64,000 nucleotides of DNA from Phyllosticta citribraziliensis (taxonomy: Eukaryota), in NCBI RefSeq assembly GCF_038025025.1, contig NW_027117344.1, positions 1,550,001 to 1,614,000 of the forward strand. Direction: 5' to 3'. The notes under the pieces are model-generated. The model was not told the origin of the DNA and did no database searches. It was given only the letters and a program-made list of their open reading frames with translations. A program made the translations under genes and the position numbers. Positions 26,110 through 37,800 of this stretch are shown piece after piece; the first letter of the stretch is position 1, and every line of letters starts with the position of its first letter.

Positions 26110-26940
26110 CCGCCCACGCGGGTGTCTCTTGGCGGCGCCAGAATACATAGAGAGAGGAGCTGTCCAAAATCAGCGTTGCTATTCATGATGAGCATCGGCT
26201 AGAATCAATGAGTAGAAGATACCCATTACCAGCATTTGTCGTGTTTGGCTTGAGAGAGACAAAGCTTCCGGAACCCTGCCCCTGCTGGACCCTGCTGGAC
26301 CCTGCCGTCGGTCTCGACCTGACGTTCAGTGTATCTACCAACCAAGCTGTAGAAAAGTCCGAGGCTCGGCCACAAAAGTCGTGGCACACACAACAAGAGA
26401 CGTTTACTCAAGGTGGTTGATAACTAATGAGGACCATTCATACGCTATAACTGCGACTGACGGGGAGCATTCAAGCGTCGAGCGTCCTGATGGGGGTTGT
26501 GTGTGCCACGACTTTCGCTACCAAGCCTCGGTCCCTTGGAACTGCCCTGGTATCTTCTTATCTGGGTGGTAGATGGCTTGCTGCTTCGTTGCCGCATCGT
26601 CTCAAAGCTTGCTTTGGCCCATTTACTATCGCCCGCGCACAACCGCCTCTCTCCTTCCAGTCCACACTGCTTTGCTGTGACTGCGCTGTCGTCTTACCTC
26701 TCGTTTGCGAAACATGGCTTACGGTGTCCTCGGGTGTACCATCTGCGAGGCTATCTCTTGGCTGCCGAATGCCATAATACGGCTGTTTTCTCGGTGTTGG
26801 GACTTAGGTGACCTTCGGAGGGTTGACGACAAAACTTCCGTCCCAACTGTTCAAACCATGGCAAACACAACCAAAGTTTGAGCCTTCACCAAGAAGGAAA
26901 AGAAAAGAGGCAAAAAAAGAAAATAACTCGACAGCAGGTG

Positions 26941-27860
26941 TGTAACGGAGCAAAAGGGCAAAACTTCACTCCTAGGGGGAGGTCCTCCCTAGGAGCTATC
27001 AAAACCCCGGGGGAGTTTTATTAGGTGGTATATATGGCAGAAGCTCCGGGTGGCGTGACCCGGAATCGAACTGACGAGCGCCTCTCGTCAGACTCCAATC
27101 TGCCCCTCTTCCCAACGCACCAGCGAACCGGAGTTGGGTTAAGGGGCGATACTATGGTGGCGGTTTTCGCACATTATATGCTGACGGGCCCGCTCTGGCC
27201 GCTCACCTCCATCGAGCGCAGAATTTCGAGCTGCTGGAACTCTCTCACCGGCCTTGCTGGAAGCTTCTGGTTGCGACAATCACGCCCGTCGCCGTGGTGT
27301 TGATTCTCAGTGCCGACGCCAACCTCAACGCCACGGTCTTCTGCCCAGGCCAGCTAGCCGAGTGACTGACACCAATCACCACCGGAAAGGCGCTCGAGTA
27401 AAGTCGTTCTCCGAGCTTCCAAACCTCCTCTGCCGACTTGTCAATGCCACATTGGATTCCGCTACTCAAGCGCCAGCGCCCAGTCCAAGACATGCTGTCA
27501 TGGAAAACAACGACGAGAGTCGCATCGATTTGGACTTCTCCGCAGGTTTCCGCCAACATGTTCTTTTTCTCGGTTGTGGTATCGTGCTCCACCCGCCTTC
27601 CCGCGATCAGATGATGTTCTCATCCATTTAACGCAAGAAGCCTAGGCCCACATTGCGGCTGGGGCCTTGGTGAGTATTCAAAAATCCACTGACTGCTTGA
27701 CCAACCGTCCACAGCGTCGTTTCACACATGAAATAATGTACTGACTGGACTGAGCAAGGCTACAGATAAGCCTCACGCGTGCGATGTGATTTCTATCGCA
27801 GGTTTCGATACTGCCTGCGCCCCAAAGTGAGAGCGGCTAAAAACCACTGTTCTCGTTACA
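26941..27860. other. Highly self-complementary non-coding element (candidate structured ncRNA or solo-LTR/MITE relic)
   Basis: Several short stems between 26969 and 27337. Bounded by TGTAACG (26941) and CGTTACA (27854-27860). No target-site duplication seen. Confidence 0.3.
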
Positions 27861-28219
27861 GTTCCTTCCCTTAGTCCTTCAAGCTGGTGGTCGTCTCAGA
27901 GCTTCTCAATGTCGAAGGTGAAAAGCGCATAAAAGGCCGTTCGTTTCACAACAGCTGTGGCTGCTGCGGATCGCCCCGCTGAGGCCAAGAATGGCGTTTC
28001 CATCAGCTGCAGTTGTGCGAGCTTGAGAGATGAAGCCAGGCTAAGCCATTCACATCTTTTGCCACAGTGCTCTGCCTATCGCATATCTGACCCTCAGCCT
28101 AATGTCTTGTCAAATCTTGGCTGCAGTATAAGAGATGAGGCGTCTTGTTGAACTTCTCAGCATACAATCTTGCCTGATCCCAGGCTTGCTCTTTTCTGCT
28201 CTTTTGGTCTCTCCTCGCG

Positions 28220-30455
28220 ATGGAAAACCCTCAGACGACATTCGGCGAATCTGAATCTTCAATCAGTCTCTTGTCCAGGAATCCAAGCATCAAAAGCAGT
28301 CCTACCGCACGACTCTCGACTCTTGCGCCCCAGAATGGGTCTGTAATCCGCAATTGGCCAGACAAGCCAAAGAAGTTAAAAGGTACTGCTACGGCTCTAC
28401 CACTTCGCATCCTCTCCCAGGCCACCGTCGCTCTGATTCCGACGTGCTTCATAAGTCAGTCCCGCACAATCCAAGTGCCGATGAGACTTTTGGCTAATGC
28501 TCCTTCAAGTCCTCGGCGTCTTCATTTCTTCTGTGAACAGAAATAACGTGTCCCAATTCGGCAACTCGCTGATACAAGCTACGCAGGTAGCTTCCACATT
28601 GTGGCCAATCGCTTTTGCTGCAGTAATAGGCCCAATGTTGAAAGTTGTTGCTTTGTATCGTGCTGAAAGGGGAGCCAAACTTGGAGTATGAGCTTTTCAA
28701 TGAAGGCCACAGTCTTGGGCTAACGTCGTGGATAGACCATTGAGATGTTCAGCCAAAGCCAGACACTTGTGAGCACCGTCAAAGGATGCTATAGCTTACG
28801 GATTCTGAGCTACTGGCCACTCTTTCTCATCGGGCTTTGGAGCTTTAGCCCTGCTGGGGGTCAGGCAGTCCTCCGCCTCTTGCGCCTCGAACATTCGAAG
28901 ATGTCGAACCAGACTCTATTCTATTTCCCAAATACCGCCTTTTCGCAGGTTACTAGCCAGTCGCCTATTTTCAGCGCGTCAATGGGTAGTTCATATAGAT
29001 CTCATTGGCAGATGCTGTATGGGACTGTACTGTCAGCACCTAGCTCTGCGGTACTACTGGCAAATGGCTCAAGTACAGGGTTCGAAGATGCCGTCAAGCG
29101 TATCAGTCGCCCAGTAGCCATAAATGGAACACGTCAAGATACGTGGGGAAATGTCAGGGTACCATTTCTCGACCTGCTCCCCCAATACAACAAGAGTTCA
29201 CCGTACCAATGGGTGGATATTCCCCGGGATGAGGTCGTCCCATATGTATCTTTGGTAGGAGTGTCTGTCCGAGGCATAGACCCCTCTGAAGTCGGAGAAA
29301 TGGTCTTCACCCTCTCCACCACTTACTTTAGTCTCGAGGCAAGTCGACTTGGAGTTTAGCAAATGCCGTTGTCCGGTTTTACTCACAACCCTCCTACAGT
29401 GCTCGCTCCGTTCCAATCTCACAAGCTGGTTCGAAACCCACTCCTCGGTTCTATTGGATCATTCGCTGAGGAATTCGTCCATTTTCCGTAACAGCAATTT
29501 TTTAAACTTTCCGAACATTTTCCTGGACCTCGTGGCCAATCACTCCGACCAGCAACCCAAGTTTATAAACTCCTCCCAGATGTCATTGGCTTTTGACTCT
29601 CAAGGCCCAAAATATACCCTGGCTTTTGGCGCCCGCTCCTACGATCCAGATCAAGAAACCATAACATTCTGTCCCATTACACTTAACTACGTCGATGTCT
29701 ACGTGGACTGCACTCGCCTGATTCAACAAGGCCAGCTTAGCTGCTCCGCCCGACGTATTCGACGAAAGCCAGACTCCTTTGATGACCCGAACAAACGAAA
29801 AGTCTTTCAAACATGGATCAGATATGCTTTTCCCGAGATTGTCAATTTTCAAGCATCCGAGCTTTATTCGTACAGTGGTGTGCTCGAATCGTACCTCAAA
29901 GATCCAACGAGGACTTTCAACTTTCTGAATCACGCCTCGAATTATTCCGACGTACCTATGCCTGTCTTCTCGGCGCGCCTAGCTATGCTGATCAACACTT
30001 TCTGGTATTCAGTGCTCAACACGAGCATCTTTCTCAACGTCGACTCGGCCTCTCCGTCGCCAACCGACTACAATTTTGGCAGCTGGGGTAACATGACTGG
30101 CAACTGGACCACGCCAACACTGCAGGTCTACATCGTTTCGAAGCCCTGGATGGCCCTCTACATCATCGCAACCATCATACTATCCGCCTGCGCGCTGGTA
30201 ACCATTGTACTACAATCTCGAACCCGTGCGCCAGATATCCTGGGCAGCGTTTCAACATTGACGCGCGACTCGCCGTATGTATTGACTGTGCCACCTGGGG
30301 GCAGCGGGCTCGACAGCACAGAGCGTGCACGGCTCCTGAAGGACGTTTGGGTCAGGATTCAAGATGTTCAACCAGAAAACGAGATTGGAAAAATTGCTTT
30401 CAGCGACAGCAGCGAGCTGGGATCAAGGCTGAAGTGGAGTCGCTCGTACGAATAA
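28220..30455 (+). CDS. Multi-pass membrane protein of unknown function with large N-glycosylated loop, paralog A
   Basis: Introns 28455-28509, 28686-28735 and GC-AG 29339-29399 join four ORFs. Motifs ASTLWPIAFAAV, WSFSPAGGQ, DTWGNVRVP, QSRTRAPDILGSVSTLTRDSPY are shared with paralog B. Many NxS/T sites. Confidence 0.85.
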
Positions 30456-31439
30456 ACCACGGTTGAAGGACTCCCTTGCCTCGTAGGCACTGATCATGGC
30501 ACCAATTCTGTGCTGAAAGTTGAAACTTGGATTACATCAACAGAGCTGAGACTCGATGCTGCTGACGGCGAATGCTGGCCGTAAGTTCCCGTCTTGGTTC
30601 GGGTTGCTGAAGTCCTTCATCCGTCGCTGTGTTGGCTATGCTCCAAACTCTATCTATTTGTCCAACCCTCGATCCAGCAACAAAAATAATCCGAAGCTGG
30701 CACCAAATTAATTTCGCAAGGCTGGCTGTCGAGAAGCCACCAGATCAGGCAGCGACGATGACGCCACTGCCCGCCGCGAGTCCATCTTGTTCTGCCCACC
30801 TTGAGTCTTCCACTTTCTCTGTCGCCATTTCCCCATATGCAACTCACTACTTCGCCGCATTCAAATTCGTAGGTCGATAACGAACAAGGGACACGAAACT
30901 TCGCCATCAGCTCTTCTTCTGCTCACCCACTTGGCTGGCCACAGGTAGAGGCTGGACCAGTAACAGCCAAAAGCCAGTCCACGGCCATTGAGCAGATGCT
31001 GTGTCACCACGAAGCGCTATCGACGAGTAACTGGCGAAAGCTGCTGTGTTTTGTCCGTCCCACTCTGCCTATTTTTGGGTCGACTTGAATACACCTCCGA
31101 CTTTCTTGAGGCGTTTTTGCGAACGTCGCGCTGCAGTAATGGGGCCGAAATGACCACTGCCTGCGCGACATCACCTCCAGGACAGCAAATGGTTCGCTTG
31201 CGGGGGCCACTGATGGCGCCACGACATGCAAGATTCCGGCGCGCGTCTATAAAGTAGTTGCGGTTCTACAACCGTGCTGCTGCCTTGGATAGACAGTAGA
31301 GCGTACAGCAAGGCTGAGGTACACACAGCAACCCGCCACCCCAGCTAAGAAGCTGCTAATATCTTGGATCAGACATCAATTTTAATCCCACAGGAAGACT
31401 GAGCCTCGCTATCAAACGCCATTGTCGTTTTCCTGAGCG

Positions 31440-33881
31440 ATGGAGCATTCAACAGACGGCCGTTCAAGAAATACCCCAGGCTCTCGACCCGCGTCTTTGC
31501 GCGGGCTATCGTTCTCTAGTCTTCCGACTCCACCACAGGTGGAAATGTCTGCATGGGGCTCTTCTGAGACACTACAGCAACACGCGTCTGCTGCTCTTCG
31601 CCGGCCATTGCTCCCTGCCACAAATTCGCCCGCTCCTCTTCCCAACCAGCATGATGTGTCCAGTGGCGCTCCCCGAAAATCCGGTACGCAGGTTTGTTCC
31701 AACAAGCGTAAACATGTGTACGAGCACTGACAGATTAATTGATGGCAGTTGAAGTTCTAGAGGGACAGACACTGTTGGAAAAGCAAGACTGGCCCGGCTG
31801 GAAATCAGACGCGAGAACTTTGAGAGACACCACAGACCTGACCGCCCGCGTCTTTTCTTTCATCTTCCTTGCCTTGATCCCGGCATGTTTCATTGGTGAG
31901 CGATCAGTCTAAAAGTTCTGTCAAAACGTGGTCTTTGCTGATAATTTGACAGGCCTCGGGATCGCCATATGCTCTTTAAGGGACAAGACCGAGTCAACCA
32001 CAAGCAGAGACGTAGTCCAGGCGGCAAAAGTTGCCTCTACTTTGTGGCCAATAGCCTTTGCGGCCGTCGTTGGCACCATGTCAAGGGTCATTGCTCTTTA
32101 TCGTGCCGAGCGCAGTGTCAAGCTTGGGGTATCTAACCAACATCAGTGCTGCCGCAAAGAACTTTCGCTAACATTACGCCCAGGTTCTAGAGTTGTTCAT
32201 GCGAAGCCAAACACTCTTCAACACTATCAAGGAAAGCTTTGGTCTCCGCATTCTCAGCCTTTGGACCGTCATGCTTCTCGCAATCTGGGCGTTCAGTCCA
32301 GCTGGCGGTATAGCTGTCGATCAAATTTTAAGTTTGAGGAACAACTTCGACACGGCAAATGTTCCCTTAATCTATTACCCCAACACGGCTGTCGGTAATC
32401 TTACGGTCCAATCACTGGTCTCCTCAGCCTCTGGTCTACGTTCCAGCACTGTCGATAGGGCCATGATGTACGGAAGTGTCTTGACGGATCCAGGAGTTTC
32501 CCTCTTAGCGGCAGAGGCGTCCTCCCCAGATGTCGAGAGGAAGTTGAACGCCACAATCGAGCGAATCACTCCAAAGGCAGCAACTAATGGCACACGTCAT
32601 GATCTCTGGGGCAATGTTCGGATACCATTTTTGCATGCGCTCCCAGGCTTTGACGAAAAGAAACCGTACGATTGGGTCAAAGTGTCATTGACCAAAATCA
32701 CACAATTCTCTTCACTATTAGGAATGCCAATAAGGGGCATCAACGACACGGGTGCTGGAAATATGACGCTCCAGCTGTCCTCATGCTATCACAGCCTTGA
32801 GGTAAGCTTTACGCCCTGACAGAACTTCGTTTTGAGTCTAAATTTTCCCTGGTAGTGCTCAGCTTGGGAAACTATTGAAGATTGGGTCGATCGGCATCCC
32901 TCTTGGAACGGTTCAATGTCATTCTCCTCGATCCTGAGTAACGCATCGTATCCCAACACGTTTCTGCGACATGTTGAACCAAATTGGAACCCGGCAAATT
33001 CCTCGGATGAAGTGTTTCTCAAATTTGGCTACACCATGCGAGAGGAAAACGTGGACAACATGCTCACCGTCTGCGGTGTCACTGTCGAATACGTTGACGT
33101 CCAGATCGAATGCTCTCGCTTGACTACAGCGGGAGAATTGGACTGTGTGTCAACAGCGCTTCGACGAACGCGCGATCCGGGCGAGACTCCCCACGTCACG
33201 GCCACCTCGTTCTATCCGTGGGGAGTATCTGGACTCGACGAAATGACGAGCCTCCTCGCATCTGGCCATCCAGCGCAGGCAGGACCGTTTGAATTGTATC
33301 TTGCCGATCCAATCCAAGGCTTTTCATCCAAGATAGGGGACATGCCTTCGTACAAAGACCTACCGTTGTCGGTATTTCAATCGCGCCTGTCTTTACTTCT
33401 CAATACGTACTGGCATATGAGTCTCAACACGTCGGTCTTCCTTGGAATCGACGGCGTGACGCCCTCGACGAAGAACAACACTGAGAAGTCGTGGCTCAAT
33501 GAGCTGGAGGACTGGGCCCCCGCCATGGGCAGTTGGACCACGCCTGCTGCCCCTACATACCAAATCTCCCCCGCATGGATGGCCCTCTACTTTGTTGCCA
33601 CGGCGGTCCTGACGCTTTGCGCGCTCGTCGCTGTCATACTGCAATCTCGGATCCGCGCACCCGACTTCCTGGGCAGCATGTCGACCTTGACGCGCGACTC
33701 TCCATACGTGACCGTGCCCCCCGGAGGAAGCGGACTTGAGGGGTCGGAGCGCGCTCGGTTGCTGAAAAACATGTGGGTGAGGATTCAAGACATTCGGCCG
33801 GGCGAGGCGGTGGGCAAGATTGCCTTTAGCGATGACAAGAACCTTGGGGCGAAGTTGGAGTGGAAGCGTTTGTATGAGTAG
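31440..33881 (+). CDS. Multi-pass membrane protein of unknown function, paralog B
   Basis: Introns 31684-31748, 31896-31952, 32129-32183 and 32802-32855; the last three sit at the same positions as in paralog A. Motifs ASTLWPIAFAAV, WAFSPAGG, DLWGNVRIP, QSRIRAPDFLGSMSTLTRDSPY. TATAAA at 31248. Confidence 0.85.
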
Positions 33882-34029
33882 CGATAAAAGTTTGGATGAT
33901 TGGTGGAGGGAACTGGTGGGTTTTGGAGAAGGTGTTCAGGGGCAGGGGTTCACTCTTACGTCCAAGGTTTTCCACTGAAGAAAATTCTCTACACATGCAC
34001 ACGTGCAGACTGCCACTTCCACAATCTTA

Positions 34030-34867
34030 CCTCTGCGTTGGGTTTTGGAGGAGTCTAGGGAGCGTTCGTTCCCCGCTACAATTACATTCGAGGAGCATTC
34101 ATTCACTGGTACAGTCGTGCCCAAGGACCTTTCATGCATTGTTACAGCTGGATCCAAGAAGCATTTATCCACTGCTACAGCTGTACCTGAGGAGCATCCA
34201 TGCGCTGCCACAGCTCTGCCCAAGGAGCATTCGTTTGCCGCTACAGCTGTGCTTAAGGAGCATTCGTGAACTGCTGTAGCTACGCTTAGGAAGCAGTCAA
34301 TCATTGCTGCAACCCAAATTGCATGTCGCAAACCCGTTTCTGAGAGTACTGAAAGGTCAAATTCACTGATGGCTTAATACTTTCCCGCCGCGCCGATTGC
34401 GGCAGAAGACTTGAGCTTGTGATACCACCAGTCTGTTGCACGTGGGATCAGATATTGAATAGTCCTTCTCACCAGCGCACCTGGGAGTCCTTGTGATACT
34501 TGTACTCGCAGATGATCGGCTGTCGAGCTGCCGCGTGCCTGATGATGTATCGTTTCTTGAAGTATACATACGGCGCCGCAATCCTCCCCACATCAATTGC
34601 ACTCACTGACAAGCTTGGAGGCCCGAAATGTCTGCAGCAGAAGAAAGAATTGGGTCTAGACTGGCAGGAAAAAACCCTTTGCCAAAAGAATGACTGCTTT
34701 TGCGGGTCGTTCGCCAAATTTATTTGCACTGTCTTGACCAAGTGACAAGGCAATGATGCTGTCGCTGGGCTGCACCAGGGTACTTTAGCAGTCAGCATCA
34801 CTATCCATAGGAGATGCTTACCATCAAGGTAAAACACATCCGACTCGTAGCACTTAGCAAGCAACAA
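34030..34867 (-). pseudogene. Relic of a spliced gene encoding Gln-rich 11-aa repeats, with RIP-like C-to-T stops
   Basis: Intron-like signals at 34821 (GTAAGC..GCTGAC), 34480-34433 (GTGCGC..CAG) and a GAG|GTAAGA donor at 34030. The spliced frame runs into the repeat, where 9 of 10 stops are TAA/TAG at columns that hold Gln in other units. Confidence 0.55.
34055..34297 (-). repeat. Degenerate 33-bp tandem repeat array (about 7.4 units), copy 1
   Basis: Minus-strand units such as AATGCTCCTTAAGCACAGCTGTAGCGGCAAACG and GATGCTCCTCAGGTACAGCTGTAGCAGTGGATA. The 11-aa periodicity also shows in the overlapping ORFs. Confidence 0.9.
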
Positions 34868-37800
34868 GTCCGCATGTAATTAAAAGCCTCTGAAACACCA
34901 TGCAGGCCCCAAGTCTCACGGCTCCTGCAGTCCTACTCGCCAATGATCAAAATGATTGTCGTAAGCGCCATTGTCCTCGAATCACTCCACTGCAACGTAA
35001 CGCAGCACAGTAGTGTTGGATCAATCCATCCTTTCCATCTGTCGGGAGACTCTTGTTTGTGTGCAGTCGAGACCTCAGTCGAGTCCACAAGTAGTTATCG
35101 AATGCATGTAGGTAGCACAGCATGACCGTTAGACGTGCAGCCGCGGAGCGTGGGCCGAGCCGCGTTGACAGGTCGTTTATCGAACAGTTCGATTTGAACG
35201 GACCCTGGTCTGTCGAGCGTGCAGCATACATACATACGTCCGTACATACATGACATGTACGAATGCATTCATCATGTAGGAGAGCCATCGTTTCTTGACG
35301 ACTACTTACTCAGTGAGTGCCCACTTACCAACTGACTCGCCCACTCTTTTCTCTCTCCATCTGCACGTGTAATCTCCTTGGCCGCTTGTATGCATGATGC
35401 ATCAGATCCAGATGAAAAGGCAGCACAGAGATCGAAGGCGGTGAGGTGAGGCAGTGCTGAGGGATGGATGCAGCCAGCGGTGCGGCGCGAAGTGGTCGGC
35501 GGGGACGGCCGTCAGACGTGGGTGACCGGTCACTTGGTGACGGACCGCCGAGCGGCCCGGCAGGGAGAGAAGGGAGGAAGAAAGAGGAAGGATTCGCACA
35601 GGGGCGGACGCCTGTTGGGCAGGGCAAGACGCTGCGGTGTGTCTGGGATGCGTTGTTGGATGCCCATAGGCGTGTATCGAGGAAGGATTTTTGTGCAGAG
35701 CAGAGCAGGCCAGGGCATGACTAGCGGCGGAAGCGGCTTGCTGGATCAGAGCACCAGAGGCACTGTGCTCTGCTGCCATTCCCTGGGGTCTCAGCGGGAG
35801 ACAACCATGGCCAGGGGGTTGTCCTGCCGTCCACGCGGGGGCCACGGCTGTGTTTGAACAAGGACGATGTGTTCGATTGACGTGCCAGGTTGCGAAGCGA
35901 AGGGGGAAGGAGACGACTTGCCAGGAGGATCTTTCAATCCTGAGCAAATTGGTGGTCCATCATCTGCTGCCAATCGTTTCGGGGCAAGAGAGTCACGGAG
36001 TAGAGATGGACGCATCCGTCCGCCTGTTGGAAGCGAGGAAGGACGACGAATCGGAAATTTGACCCCAGCACTCGCATCCCACGCGAGCGACGGACTCAAC
36101 GTCGACGGTCTGGAGTCGAAGTGCGTCGATCCGAGATGATGCACTCGACAAAGGCGGACAGCAGTCGCACCCCTGGAACGGCACAAACACCTCGTAAAGA
36201 AACCAGAAGCGAAAAGAAGAAAAGAAAAGAAAGAACAGCCCAGCAAAGGATGAAAGACGCTGCCCTCGTTAGCTGTGAGATCTCACTGCCCGATGCATTC
36301 AGGAACCCGCTATTTCATGCAGCTAGCCATCTACCGGATCCCGTGAGAAAGGTTCGAGGTGGAGACTGACAGGCGGGAAGAAGCAACCCCTTTCACGTGA
36401 CCTGCGGGCGACGACGAAATCTTCACACCGCCACGATGAAAAAACTTCCATCCTCCTCCTCCTCCTTTGCGCCCTACTGCTGGTCTCCACTGAGGAGCTC
36501 CTAGCGTCCGTGGATCGCCCGTCGGAAGGCGCATCCCCGCCAGACCGCCTTTTGCTGTTTGCGAGGGTTCCCGTTTGCAGCAAACCGGCGTGTTCAAAGG
36601 CAGACGGCCAGCCAACCAGAAGCCGGACTAGGAGCAGGATTGCAGAATCGACATTCTATTTTTTCACTTGTTTGCCGGTTTGGGCGCGTGGCGGGTTAGC
36701 GCCGGCGGTGGATGTGCGGTCCTCGTGAGAATGATGTGTTGTTTGACTCGCCATGGCCAATGACGACGGCGACGGCAGGTGGAGGAGGGTGGACTCGTCC
36801 AGCGAGCAGTGGTGGACCTGACTGGTGTCGTCCGTAGGGCAAGCGCTCTCTTTTTTCAGAACTGTTCCATTGTCCCGTGGATGTGACAAATCCATCTTGA
36901 CCACGAGGGGGCTGGGACTAGTCGCCGGCCACGAGGGATTGCCGTGAATCATGAGGTGGGTGATTGACCGGCGAGGAGCAAACGTCGGATCATTGTTTGC
37001 GTGCTTGACCGCCCGTTTGGCTGCTGGACGTTGAACCAGAGTTATGAAGGGTCTGACGAGGGGATTCTGCAAACGCGCTTGAGCGACAGCATACCTGCAG
37101 CCGGCTCAGCGGACGTGAGATGCCGCACGCATGTTGTCGTAGCAGGGCCTCGAAAAAGTTGCAGCAGAGCAACGGCACCGTAGCAGCGGCAGCAAAAGTT
37201 TGGACGACAGGGCCGGGCAGGGCGAGAGAAGAAGTGCAAGGGCAGCGCAAAGGCTGGCGGGCAAGCAAAGAAAACACAAGGGCAGCCAAGGCCCAACGAC
37301 CAAAAGTCAAAAGCCTAAAGCCTATCCGTCCCGCTGCCGCACCGCACCACTCTATCGCATGCAGGTACAGATGGGCGATGATGTCGATGCCGATGCGACG
37401 TGCGACGCGATGCGATGCGTTGACTTTTTGCCGGCGGCAAATGTGCTGCGGGTCGTCAATAGCGCCAGCACCAATGGAGCAAGCAACAACTTCAACCCGA
37501 GCAATATCCACAGTCCAGAACCACCGGTACTCAGACAGACACAGATTGCTACATTGCAGCAGAAAGAAAAAAACAGAGGCGCAGCAGTCGGTCCTTCACC
37601 GCGACCGGCCCGCAACCCAAAAAATTCCAACCATCTTTCTCGTCGCGCGTGGCGTGCCCTCGCCCAACCACCACATCAAACTTACCTGCATGATGGAATC
37701 TCAAACCTCTCCAGTAGTTCATCACGACTTCATTGTTTTGCCGCTTCACATGCGCCCTCTCCCCACCTCCAGGAGTGCCCGCCTAATCCCACGAGACGGA

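Noticed and set aside
27050..27135. tRNA-like T-arm (minus strand GTTCGATTCCGGGTCACGCCA)
   Set aside because: The 5' T-stem partner is not adjacent and no D-arm or anticodon arm can be built; the local hairpin explains the match.
27125..27150. Telomerase RNA template (minus strand TAACCCAA)
   Set aside because: Does not match the TAACCCTAA template expected for TTAGGG telomeres.
34055..34297. CRISPR-like array
   Set aside because: Eukaryotic context, contiguous degenerate units without unique spacers, no cas genes.
33896..34331. Three open ORFs with 11-aa periodicity
   Set aside because: Better explained as alternative frames of the 33-bp repeat; the splice-consistent frame is the stop-riddled Gln-rich one.
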